Shown here piece by piece: positions 17,776 through 27,046 of a stretch of DNA of 64,000 bases (positions are counted from its first letter, which is position 1; each line of letters opens with the position of its first letter). Source of the stretch: Candidatus Latescibacterota bacterium (GTDB taxonomy: Bacteria; Latescibacterota; UBA2968; UBA8231); assembly GCA_965248265.1 (NCBI GenBank), contig CBDFJF010000002.1:3232001-3296000 (forward strand), given 5' to 3'. The position numbers and the translations under genes are program-made. The notes under the pieces were generated by a model. The model was not told the origin of the DNA. It worked only from the letters and a program-made list of their open reading frames with translations, and did not search any database.

Positions 17776-20700
17776 ATGACAGATACAGCGATGGCGGATC
17801 GGGGGTTGGACCAGTACGGAACCGATTCCAAGTACCTACAGCAGACTGGGGTGGTTTTTCTTACCGGAGTCGAGGCGATCATCCGGCTGTTGTTGGAGAA
17901 GCAGCTGCGCGACCAAAAAGCTGAAGGCGGTGAGATCAACCAGACCTTCATTTCCGGGTACGAAGGTTCGCCGCTGGGAGGGCTGGATCTCAAGGTTGTC
18001 GAGAATCTGGACCTGCTGAACCAGCACGGGAGGACGGTACATCAGTTCGGCGTCAATGAGAAGACGGCGGCGTCGGCAATGTTGGGGAGCCAGTACGCCC
18101 CGACGGGAGATGTCGACGCCTTCTGGTACGGGAAAGCACATGGGACCATGTGGATTCCCGACGAGGTCTGGCTGGCCAACCTGGCGGGCACCTCCAGCCG
18201 CGGCTCCATGGTGCTGCTGTGTGGCGAAGACCACCGTTCGAAGAGCTCGGTGTCTCCCGGTACCAGCGACTGGGTGCTTCGCAGCAGCATGGTCCCCGTG
18301 TTCTACCCGGCCAGCGTCAGCGAAATCCTGAAGCTGGGGATGCACGCCATCCAGTTGTCGCGTTATCTGGGTGTGGTGACCGCCTTGAAACTGGTGACTC
18401 CGTTGTGTGACGGCGCCTCTACCGTACGCCTGGAGACACCGGATTCACGGCCGCAGATCCTGCTGCCGGATCCCGACTTCCGCAAACAGTTCAATCGCAT
18501 CGTCATGGCGCTGGGGGCGCTGCCGATGCAGAAGGCGCTGGTCGAAGACAAGCTGCCGCTGGTGGAAGAGTACGTGCGCCTGAATCAGCTCAACACCATC
18601 CACGATGGTGACGCTGGCGGTGACGTCGCCATCATCGCCACGGGCAAGAGCTACACGGACGTGCGCGCGGCTCTGAGCGCACTCGATCAGCGGGTAGCGG
18701 TGCTGCAGTTGTCGGTTTCATACCCTCTGGATGGCCAGACGATTCGCTCATTTGCCAAAGGCAGACGCTGGATCTACGTGGTCGAGGAGCCTGGACCGTT
18801 CGTGGAGGAGGGGGTGAAGGCGGCTCTGTGGGGGAGCGATGTGGAGGGTGTTCACGGGCAATACGACGAAAACGGCCGGCCATTGATCCCATCCTACGGT
18901 GAGATCGATCCTGAGAACCTGGCCCGACTGCTGTGGCCGCGTCTGAACTCCGACCCTGAACAGGACAATCCTTTTCTGTCCGGATTGACCCGCATCATGT
19001 CGCGGGTTTATCCGCACATACCGGCTGTGTCACCGATGTCGTGCGGTGGCTGCCCGTACAACGTCTTCAAAGATCTCGACGAGAAACCGGGTGGAGCTAT
19101 CGGTTGCAGCTCCATTCGGGCCATGGACGCCTACGACAACCAGGTTCTCTACATCCCGACCATGGGAGCCGGCGGGTCTATGTACAGCGGCACGGCACCG
19201 TTCAATGGCAACCAGCACATCTTCCAGTACCTGGGAGATGGCAGCTACTTTCACAGCGGTCGGGGGGCCGTGCAGAGCTGCGTTCAAAGCGACGTCAACA
19301 TCACCTTTCTGTTGCTCTTCAACGGGGCTGTGGCGTTGACGGGTGGTCAAGAGCCCGGTGGCAAGAGGTCGATCCCAGACGTCGCCAGGGAATTGCGAGC
19401 GCTCGGCGTGCGATCGGTGGGTATCGTCTCCGAGGAGACGCAGCAGTACCGAGGTCTGGAGGCTGATGGGCTGCGTGTTTTTCCCCTTCAGCAGCATGCC
19501 GCGGCACTTGAACAATTTAGCAGAACAGCTGGTACGACCGCGTTGATCCTCGACAAGGAGTGCGCTACTGAGAAAGGCCGTCGCCGCCGTCGCGAGCGCG
19601 CGCAGCCTGAACGCTACGTCATGATCAACGAGGACATATGCGAGGGCTGCGGTGACTGCTACCGGCAATCTGAGGGCTGTGCGGCTCTCTACAAGGTATC
19701 GACAGAATTCGGTGAGAAGACGCAGATTCGGCAGTCAAACTGCGTCCAGGATGAACTCTGCGTGGACGGAGAATGCCCGTCGTTCGTCACGGTGCGCCCG
19801 GCCGCCGGGGTTGGGCTGCGACGCACGCGGCCCGACCCGGTGGAGGAGGCCTTGCCTGAGCCGAGGGCCAATCCGTCCGTCAATCCCTACATCATATACG
19901 CGGTCGGCCGCGGTGGCACCGGAGTGGTGACGATCTCTCATCTCATCGCCTACGCCGCCATGATGGATGGCAAGCAGGTCTATCTCTCGAACAACACCGG
20001 ACTGGCACAAAAGGGAGGACCGGTAGAGGCTCCAATCGTCATCGGCGACAGTGAGCCGCCCGTGTTCAACCGTCTGTTACCCGGAAGTGCCGATCTGCTG
20101 CTGGGATTCGATCTGCTGCGGGCGGCCGAGCCGGGGAATCTAAAGTACGCCTCGGCCGAAAAAACCACGGCGCTGGTGAGTACGACGCGTTTGCCTACAG
20201 CGGAGATGAACCGCAATCCAGACAGGGAATTTCCTGATCCGGACAAGCTGGCCGACCTCATAGAGCAGTTCACGATTCCGGCTGCCAACGTCTACGTGGA
20301 CACCTACTGGATGTCGGAACAGCTGTTCGGAGATGTCCTCTACGCCAACATCTTGCTGCTGGGAGCCGCATACCAGGCTGGACAGTTGCCGGTATCGGCG
20401 TCCTCCCTAGAGGCGGCGGTGCGGCTCAACGGCAAGCAGGTCGAGGAAAATCTCCGTGCTTTCCGCTGGGGACGTCTGGCCGTAGCCGATCCGAAGCGGG
20501 TGGAGTCCGTGACAGGTCGCAGTGGGGTAGAAGATGGAGACGATGTCATCGCCCGGAATCGCGGCGATCTCCTCCACCGTAACGGACGGTCAGGGTTGCG
20601 ACTGCATGATGAGGTCCTGGCCGAATTCTCCGGGTTGGAGACTGAGGCGCAGCAGCAGTTCAGTACCAGGATTGTGGAGCTGGCCGCGTATCAAAATGTG

Positions 20701-21282
20701 GCCTATGCCAAGCGCTACGTAGAAACAGTGCGGGCGGTTTGGCATGCTGACGGGCAGTCGCCGGACGAGTCGTCCGACGCTTCTCCTTCAAACGGATTGA
20801 CCCGCACGGTCATCCTGCAGCTCTTCCAGCTGATGGCGTACAAGGATGAGTACGAAGTCGCTCGGCTGGCCACGCGCGCGACGGGCTCCGACCAGAAACT
20901 CAGGGAGCGCTTTGACGGCCCGGTCCGCATTGCCTACAACCTGAATCCGCCGACCATACGCCGGCTCGGTCTGGGCAAGCTCCAGGTCGGACCCTGGCTG
21001 CGTCCCGCGCTGCGAATGCTGGCGAGGCTGAGGGTTCTGCGAGAAAGCACTCTGAATCCCTTCGGGTTCACCGCATGCCGCCGGCTCGAGCGGGAACTCA
21101 TCCCATGGTACGAGGGTTGCGTGAGGAGAGTGTTGAAGGTGCTGACGGCAGACAATCGTGCCGAAATTCATCAGTTGCTGCAGCCTGTGAATACGATCCG
21201 AGGCTACGAACACGTAAAGATCGATGCCGCTGAAAGAGCCGTCGCGCAAGTCGAAGAGGGTCTGCGCAAGCTGGAGGGTTGA
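17776..21282 (+). CDS. Indolepyruvate:ferredoxin oxidoreductase family, single-chain alpha/beta fusion
   Basis: FISGYEGSPLGG, CGGCP, GDGSYFHSG..N (TPP), CEGCGDC ferredoxin motif, GRGGTGVVT, GLAQKGG, LMAYKDEYEVARL. Confidence 0.9.
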   Translation: MTDTAMADRGLDQYGTDSKYLQQTGVVFLTGVEAIIRLLLEKQLRDQKAEGGEINQTFISGYEGSPLGGLDLKVVENLDLLNQHGRTVHQFGVNEKTAASAMLGSQYAPTGDVDAFWYGKAHGTMWIPDEVWLANLAGTSSRGSMVLLCGEDHRSKSSVSPGTSDWVLRSSMVPVFYPASVSEILKLGMHAIQLSRYLGVVTALKLVTPLCDGASTVRLETPDSRPQILLPDPDFRKQFNRIVMALGALPMQKALVEDKLPLVEEYVRLNQLNTIHDGDAGGDVAIIATGKSYTDVRAALSALDQRVAVLQLSVSYPLDGQTIRSFAKGRRWIYVVEEPGPFVEEGVKAALWGSDVEGVHGQYDENGRPLIPSYGEIDPENLARLLWPRLNSDPEQDNPFLSGLTRIMSRVYPHIPAVSPMSCGGCPYNVFKDLDEKPGGAIGCSSIRAMDAYDNQVLYIPTMGAGGSMYSGTAPFNGNQHIFQYLGDGSYFHSGRGAVQSCVQSDVNITFLLLFNGAVALTGGQEPGGKRSIPDVARELRALGVRSVGIVSEETQQYRGLEADGLRVFPLQQHAAALEQFSRTAGTTALILDKECATEKGRRRRRERAQPERYVMINEDICEGCGDCYRQSEGCAALYKVSTEFGEKTQIRQSNCVQDELCVDGECPSFVTVRPAAGVGLRRTRPDPVEEALPEPRANPSVNPYIIYAVGRGGTGVVTISHLIAYAAMMDGKQVYLSNNTGLAQKGGPVEAPIVIGDSEPPVFNRLLPGSADLLLGFDLLRAAEPGNLKYASAEKTTALVSTTRLPTAEMNRNPDREFPDPDKLADLIEQFTIPAANVYVDTYWMSEQLFGDVLYANILLLGAAYQAGQLPVSASSLEAAVRLNGKQVEENLRAFRWGRLAVADPKRVESVTGRSGVEDGDDVIARNRGDLLHRNGRSGLRLHDEVLAEFSGLETEAQQQFSTRIVELAAYQNVAYAKRYVETVRAVWHADGQSPDESSDASPSNGLTRTVILQLFQLMAYKDEYEVARLATRATGSDQKLRERFDGPVRIAYNLNPPTIRRLGLGKLQVGPWLRPALRMLARLRVLRESTLNPFGFTACRRLERELIPWYEGCVRRVLKVLTADNRAEIHQLLQPVNTIRGYEHVKIDAAERAVAQVEEGLRKLEG

Positions 21283-21298
21283 AGACTACAATTGAAGA

Positions 21299-22195
21299 CT
21301 ATAATGCACAGAGCCGGCCTTCCTTCAGGGCGCGGCGCATTGCCTGCAACAGTCGACGGCTGTCCTTCATTTCCGAGGCATCCGTCTGCAGCCCTACTCG
21401 CTTGTCTGCGATGAAGTCGGTGATCCATTCCACCTCTGACCCGGTCGGGTTGGTGTCAATGACATGACGCTGGTCGCCACGGGCGACGACGATGTCGCCA
21501 TCCTCGCACCGGCTCGAAATCGTCCCTCCAGATCCCAGCAACCAGGTGTCAGCAAGCGTGCCACCCCGGCCAGGCGCCACGCACAATTGCGCGTTGGCGC
21601 GGTTGTGCATCGCCACCGTCACGGTTACGTGCAAGTGTGCTCGCCCACTTCTGGTGGCGCCGACGACCGTCCTCACGGCGGTTGATTGCAGCAACCAGGT
21701 GGCGCTGGCGAGCAGTTCCCACATCGACCACCAGGCGGCGTCCATGGAAGTTCCGCCACCGGCGACGCAGCGTGCATAGACGGGTTCACCAAAGGCATCA
21801 GAAGCCCTTAGTTGATTCATTCTCTTCAGTCTCGGCTCATGGCGTTCGCGCCCACCCCAACGAATGCGAGCGCCATGTTGTTCCGCCAGTTGCTGGAGTT
21901 GCGCGTTTTGCGTCGCAGTGGCTGAGAGCGGACCGGCGCACAGAACGTGGACGCCGGCACTGACGATGCGGCGGATGGACTCGAAAGCTGCCTGCTTCGG
22001 GCTCAGCAAGCATACCGTACCCGCGTCCGTCGATTGCAGGGCATGTTCAAGGTCAGGGAAGTGCTCGGCCAGGCTCGAGTCGATGCCGACGACACCGACT
22101 ACCGGCATTGCCCCACAAACAGCGTCAATGGCCGGCTTGTCGTTGCGGTCGCCGGCGAGGATGAGACGGCTGACCTTGGCCTTCCGTTCACTCAT
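21299..22195 (-). CDS. Divergent Gfo/Idh/MocA-like protein
   Basis: GVHVLCAGPL at the position of the GKHVLCEKP motif; FGEPVY; ATGA-coupled to the upstream Gfo gene. Confidence 0.6.
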   Translation of the reverse strand: MSERKAKVSRLILAGDRNDKPAIDAVCGAMPVVGVVGIDSSLAEHFPDLEHALQSTDAGTVCLLSPKQAAFESIRRIVSAGVHVLCAGPLSATATQNAQLQQLAEQHGARIRWGGRERHEPRLKRMNQLRASDAFGEPVYARCVAGGGTSMDAAWWSMWELLASATWLLQSTAVRTVVGATRSGRAHLHVTVTVAMHNRANAQLCVAPGRGGTLADTWLLGSGGTISSRCEDGDIVVARGDQRHVIDTNPTGSEVEWITDFIADKRVGLQTDASEMKDSRRLLQAMRRALKEGRLCAL

Positions 22196-23328
22196 GACTC
22201 TATCAAATCGACGGGCGCCTGCTCCACGATCGAACGATAGCCGGCGAGGAGGGTTTGCATGTTGTCGCGAGCCAGTTGAACGGTGTAAGCGGGCTCAACG
22301 TCTTCGTCCAGCGCTCGCACGAAGTCATCCAGACCACGGGAGAGCCCGGCGGTATCGCCGGAGACAGGGACGGAAACGGATGGCGGGCCGCTGTGCCATT
22401 GCATCGGGTCGTCGGTTGCGGGATGATAGTCCGACTCGACGATTTCAGCGCGCAGGAAGGTGTCGACTCCAGGACGCTTGGCCTCCACGGCTGCAGTGGC
22501 TTGCGTGCCCATCAACCAGGCCCTGGCTACTCCGCCTGAGGGATGAGTAGCGACTCCATTGCGACCAGCACACAGGGTGCAGACCCGGCCGGCGTCATCG
22601 ACGAGCGTCAGGGTCGCGAAGTCCTCGGCGCCATGGTTGGCATGTTCTGGGAAGAAATAAGCGTCGGCCTGGGCGTACACCTGCACGGTCGCCCCGCACA
22701 AGCGCTGAATCAAGCCCACACCGTAGGCTCCTACGGTGAGCAACTCGCGTTTGATGTCGTCGAACTTCCAGCGGCCTGCCGGCAGGAAGGGGGTGGCGCG
22801 CTGATCCTCCGAAATCGGCCGCGGCCAACCCTTGGCGAAGAGCAGGTCCACGTGTACACCAAGCAGATCGTCTCCAAGCTGGCCGCTGCGCAGGGCGAAT
22901 TCAGCTCGGTTGACGAGTTCGCCGTAGGCATAGCTGGGCACAATCGCCCTGACGCCAGCACGCTCAACAGCCTTAACGGCAGTGTCGCACTCATCGATTG
23001 AGGCGCCCAGGAACTTGTCGATCCACAGATGCTTTCCCGCTGCGGCGGCGCGACAGATCAGGTCAGTTCGGCGCTCGATCTCATGGCCGATACTGACGGC
23101 ATCGACGCCATCCAGTTCGAGTGCGCGATCGATTCCGGTGACATAGGGGACGCCCAATTGTTCGGCCCATCGTCGGTTGGTCTGGTCAAGGTGGCCATCG
23201 ATATCCGCTTCGTCGGCAACGGCGACGATACGAATTTGCGGGTGATCCTGGAAAAGGGGGACAAAACTGCTCTGATGACTGTGACGACTGAAACTCGCCA
23301 GCAGTACACCGTAGGTCCGAGTGCTCAT
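22192..23328 (-). CDS. Gfo/Idh/MocA family oxidoreductase
   Basis: IRIVAVAD, VDAVSI, AAAGKHLWIDKFLG, AEDFATL. Confidence 0.82.
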   Translation of the reverse strand: MSTRTYGVLLASFSRHSHQSSFVPLFQDHPQIRIVAVADEADIDGHLDQTNRRWAEQLGVPYVTGIDRALELDGVDAVSIGHEIERRTDLICRAAAAGKHLWIDKFLGASIDECDTAVKAVERAGVRAIVPSYAYGELVNRAEFALRSGQLGDDLLGVHVDLLFAKGWPRPISEDQRATPFLPAGRWKFDDIKRELLTVGAYGVGLIQRLCGATVQVYAQADAYFFPEHANHGAEDFATLTLVDDAGRVCTLCAGRNGVATHPSGGVARAWLMGTQATAAVEAKRPGVDTFLRAEIVESDYHPATDDPMQWHSGPPSVSVPVSGDTAGLSRGLDDFVRALDEDVEPAYTVQLARDNMQTLLAGYRSIVEQAPVDLIES

Positions 23329-23373
23329 GTAGGGAGGTAGATGGGAAAGGGTACTATCAGATGGTTACTCGTC

Positions 23374-23910
23374 TTACCACCTGGTGAGGTTGCCCATGAT
23401 CTTGTTCAGGTCTTTCTGCAGCTCGCTTTTTTCATCCTGCAGATCGCGGATGCGATCTTCGCAGTGTTGCACCGACTGCGCCATTTCTCCCAGCCGTTTC
23501 TCTAGCTCCGACGAGCGTTCCGACAGGGTCGCGTTCTGTTCGGTCGTCTCTGCCCGCTGGCGCTGCTTTTCGTCTAACTCCTGGCGCAGCGTGTCGATGC
23601 GGATTTCCGTTTCCCGCACGCGCCGTTCGGTTTCTGACTTGAGCTCCTCGCGTTCGCGTACCAGTTGCTCTTGCAGCTGCTTCTGCCGCTCCTGGAGCGC
23701 CTTCTCTTTGGCAGCGAGCTCATCCCGCAACTTCTGCGACTGCGCTTCAAGTTGTTGCGATTGACTGGTTTGCGTTTCAGCCCGCTTTTCCGCTTCCTGC
23801 CTTTGCGAAACCTCCATGTCGAGCATCTGGTGCATGCGCGCGATTTCATCACGCTGGCGAGTCAGCTCAGCCTTGAGTCTGGAGGCCGTCAAAAACGAGA
23901 GAATTCCCAT
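23374..23910 (-). CDS. Coiled-coil protein (178 aa) directly downstream of the MamK-like actin
   Basis: E/Q/R/K/L-rich continuous heptads, no Pro; short hydrophobic ends MGILSFLTASRL and LNKIMGNLTRW. Confidence 0.82.
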   Translation of the reverse strand: MGILSFLTASRLKAELTRQRDEIARMHQMLDMEVSQRQEAEKRAETQTSQSQQLEAQSQKLRDELAAKEKALQERQKQLQEQLVREREELKSETERRVRETEIRIDTLRQELDEKQRQRAETTEQNATLSERSSELEKRLGEMAQSVQHCEDRIRDLQDEKSELQKDLNKIMGNLTRW

Positions 23911-23963
23911 CTTATCTACTCACGCAATCCTTGAAGTGTTGTCCGCTCAAACCCGAAACCAAC

Positions 23964-25046
23964 CTACTCGTCGGCGTATCGACGCCACTCAGATTCCGGC
24001 ATGTCCTGCGCAAGCTTCAGTGCCCCGAGGGCTCCGGCGTAAATGGGATCATCAACGATGGTGACCCTGCAAGGCCCGAATTCGGACAGATTGGAGCGAA
24101 CTTCTTCACCCAGGCCTCGGATCTGGCTTCCACCCCCGGCAAGCAGGATGTTCTGTCTCAACTCGTTCTGGAATTCCGGGTCGAAGCCGACGATCAGTTC
24201 CTTGGCACTCTCTATGAGATCGGGTAGCACACTCTCGCAGGCTTCCCGCAACTCGTTCGTCAGGTCATAGGTGCTGGGCTTTCCGTCCACCTGGAAATCC
24301 ACCGCAATGACTTCCTTGTTCGACGAGACGAAGGCGTACTGTTCCTTGATTCGGCGGGCCATCTCCAGCGTGACCGGTGAATCGTTGACCTTTTCCTGCA
24401 GAAGCATATGGAACCGTGCATCTACGTAGTTGCCTGCCTTCAACAGCGTTCGCTGGTCGTCCTCGCCGGGTATGGTACCGTGCATGCAGCACAGGTCCAG
24501 GGTCCCGGCACCTATGTCGATGATGAGGGCGTTGTTGAATAGCTCGAGACCATACGCCACCAGAAAGGGCTCCGAGGCTACCATGGACACCTCTACCATG
24601 CTCCTGACCGCTTCCGTCAACGCCGCGCGGTCTTCCGCCGTGGCGCGTGCCGGCGATCCAATGACGGCACGGATTTCCTGACCCGGATTGGCTTCGGCCA
24701 TATCAACTATGTATGAGACCAGGTGCTGGATCGCCTCTGCCTCGCGATCAGACTCCGGCGCAGCTGCCTCCTCATCCTCGCTCGGCCGGTGTCTGAAGAC
24801 ACCGTGCTCAAGAGGCCAGATCATATCGACGGCCATCCTGTTCTCCAGACACTCGTCGCCAATGACGACCTGTTTTTGGAGAAACTTGTAGGAGATAAGG
24901 TCCTTCGGCCAACCCACTACGCTGGTAACCGTGCGACGAACACCAGTGCTCGTCACTATAAAACTCTGCGACGTCCCCAAATCGAGACCGATGTACAGGA
25001 TGCCATCATCCTGCGGCGTGGTCGCAGTCCGACCTTCTACGCCCAT
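23964..25046 (-). CDS. MamK/Mad28-family actin-like ATPase
   Basis: GLDLGTS (phosphate 1), SVVGWPKD, PLEHGV, AVIGSPAR, SEPF (catalytic Glu), DIGAGT (phosphate 2), PGEDDQRTLLKAGNYVD, IKEQYAFV, QNILLAGGGSQIRGL, GALKLA..P..W; these follow recalled MamK motifs much more closely than MreB. Confidence 0.85.
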   Translation of the reverse strand: MGVEGRTATTPQDDGILYIGLDLGTSQSFIVTSTGVRRTVTSVVGWPKDLISYKFLQKQVVIGDECLENRMAVDMIWPLEHGVFRHRPSEDEEAAAPESDREAEAIQHLVSYIVDMAEANPGQEIRAVIGSPARATAEDRAALTEAVRSMVEVSMVASEPFLVAYGLELFNNALIIDIGAGTLDLCCMHGTIPGEDDQRTLLKAGNYVDARFHMLLQEKVNDSPVTLEMARRIKEQYAFVSSNKEVIAVDFQVDGKPSTYDLTNELREACESVLPDLIESAKELIVGFDPEFQNELRQNILLAGGGSQIRGLGEEVRSNLSEFGPCRVTIVDDPIYAGALGALKLAQDMPESEWRRYADE

Positions 25047-25120
25047 TTGGCTATTGCTCCTGGAAATTCGAAGGGAGGGATTGGATGGTGCTAAAATGAC
25101 CTAATTCACTATTTCACAAC

Positions 25121-25166
25121 CAAATAACGAGCAAATAACGGGACCTACCCGATAGTTCAAATAACG
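25121..25166. repeat. Three direct repeats of CAAATAACG upstream of the MamK-like gene
   Basis: Copies at 25121, 25132 and 25158; TTGACA on the minus strand at 25184-25189. Confidence 0.75.
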
Positions 25167-25200
25167 GGGCGGACCCTGCGAATTGTCAAGCTCTTTTCAG

Positions 25201-26265
25201 CTAATCGATGATGGCAGCCGCGGGCAGGAAAGCGGTGGTAAAAGCCCGGCTCAACTCGAGAGTGCCATCGGCGATGAGCCCGCAGGCGACCATCTGGTCC
25301 AACAAGAGTTCCCAGCGGGCCGATTCCATGTGCCCGACGCCATGCACGCGGGCGGTTTCGTCGACGACGAGCGGAACCGACTGGCGGGCTCCCTCTCGCA
25401 AGACCTCCATGTCGATCTCCGGATTGAGCTGCTGGATGAGCGTGTTGGTTTCTTGCGGGTTCTTGAGGTAGTGCAGCCAACCCTCGACGGAGGCTTCGGT
25501 GAGTGCGCGCGCCAGGTCGGAGTGCTTTTCGATTATTTCGCGAGTCGTGATGAGTACGCTGGCGTAGGGATTGAATCCGGTGTCGGCTACCAGCAAGGCC
25601 CGCACCTTCACGCCTTGCTGGCGGGCGATGACCGGTTCGCTGAAGAGATAACCCTGCATCGCATACTCCGGATTCGCGACCAACGGCGTAACGCCTCCAT
25701 AGGGCACGACGGTTACCCCCGGAAAGTCGTATTTCCAGCGCAAGAAATGCGAAAATGCCGGGCGCTGTGAAAGGGCAAGGGTCAGGTTGGAAAGCTGTTC
25801 AATTGAGCGTATTCCAGAGGATTCATGGACGACGATACAACGGGGATTGATCTGATAGGGGGCCATCAGAGCGACCACGTCAGCTCCGGCGACCCGGGCG
25901 TTCAGGACTCCGTCGGCGTTGGTGATGCCGAAGGCGACCTGCCCGCTGGCAACTCGTTGCATGACGGGGGCGTCCGGTCCTCCTCCAAGTATCTCGACGG
26001 CAACCCCACGTTTGCGGTAAAAGCCGTTTGCCTGAGCCGCGTAAAACCCCCCGTGCTCGGCCTCTGGAAACCAGTTCAGCGCCAGTTGTACCTTCTTCAT
26101 GGGCGCGGTGCCATCTGCCTGCGATAGCTGAACGCCACCGCTGCCGCTGTCGTCGTCCGCGCACCCCCACAACAAGGCGACACATACGAGGATCCGACTC
26201 CAGCGTCGGGAGATCCAGCCGTTGGCAACAACCCTTCGCATGTGAAGTCCTCTATTTGTTTCCAT
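25201..26265 (-). CDS. ABC transporter substrate-binding lipoprotein, NMT1/THI5 (SsuA-like) family
   Basis: Lipobox LLWGC; LALNWFPEAEHGGFYAA; GYLFSEP; GFNPY. Confidence 0.87.
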   Translation of the reverse strand: METNRGLHMRRVVANGWISRRWSRILVCVALLWGCADDDSGSGGVQLSQADGTAPMKKVQLALNWFPEAEHGGFYAAQANGFYRKRGVAVEILGGGPDAPVMQRVASGQVAFGITNADGVLNARVAGADVVALMAPYQINPRCIVVHESSGIRSIEQLSNLTLALSQRPAFSHFLRWKYDFPGVTVVPYGGVTPLVANPEYAMQGYLFSEPVIARQQGVKVRALLVADTGFNPYASVLITTREIIEKHSDLARALTEASVEGWLHYLKNPQETNTLIQQLNPEIDMEVLREGARQSVPLVVDETARVHGVGHMESARWELLLDQMVACGLIADGTLELSRAFTTAFLPAAAIID

Positions 26266-27046
26266 GCCAATGAGATAGAATGATGCTGTTAACAGCGCTA
26301 ATGACGCCGAAGAAAGCTAAGCCGAGGCCAGTGGAAAAGAGGATCATGGCGAACAGATAAGCCGTTTTCATCTGCGTCGTCGAGTGGATGATCAGATAGC
26401 CGAGTCCGAAGTCGTCGGTGCCGTAGCCGGCGAAAAATTCACCGACGATGGCGCCGATGACGGACAGGCCACAGGAGATTTTGGCGCCCGTCAGCAACGA
26501 GGGTACGGAGTTGGGAATCCGCAGTTTGATCAGCGTTTGCCAGCGCGACGCACCGTTCAGGGTGAACAACTCAAGCAGTTCGGTCGGGATCGAGGTCAAG
26601 CCGGCTGTTGCATTGACTATTATAGGGAAGAGGGAGATGATAAACGACACGGCGACAACGCCATAGAGTCCGTAGCCTATCCACAAAATAATCAGCGGCG
26701 CGATTGCGACGATGGGGACCGTTTGTAGAAAAATAGCGTAGGGGTAAAGGCTGCGTTCGATGACTCTGGATTGAGAAAACAACACGGCGATGGAGAAGCC
26801 AACGACAAAAGCCAGTAGGAACCCTCCCAGAGCTCCAACTGCCGTTAGTCCGGCAGCGTGCAAGAGGCGGGGAAGGTTGGCGACAGCTGCTTCGACCACG
26901 CGCATTGGTCCAGGCAGAAGAAACGGCTGGATGTCGAAGAGTCTGACCGTGCTGTGCCAGACAACCAACACCAGGACGAAGAAGGTGAGCGGTGGCCCCC
27001 AGGATCGTGTCATGCACTTGATGCTCGACCGCGACATGGATTTCAA
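26252..27046 (-). CDS. ABC transporter permease (SsuC/TauC-like)
   Basis: QTVPIVAIAPL, GASRWQTLIKLRIP, IGAIVGEF; about 6 TM helices. Confidence 0.9.
   Translation of the reverse strand: MKSMSRSSIKCMTRSWGPPLTFFVLVLVVWHSTVRLFDIQPFLLPGPMRVVEAAVANLPRLLHAAGLTAVGALGGFLLAFVVGFSIAVLFSQSRVIERSLYPYAIFLQTVPIVAIAPLIILWIGYGLYGVVAVSFIISLFPIIVNATAGLTSIPTELLELFTLNGASRWQTLIKLRIPNSVPSLLTGAKISCGLSVIGAIVGEFFAGYGTDDFGLGYLIIHSTTQMKTAYLFAMILFSTGLGLAFFGVISAVNSIILSHWHGNK

Noticed and set aside
23964-25046. Calling the actin MreB
   Set aside because: It lacks MreB-type DLGTAN, EEP and DIGGGT motifs, has no mreC/mreD neighbours, and its motifs fit MamK/Mad28.
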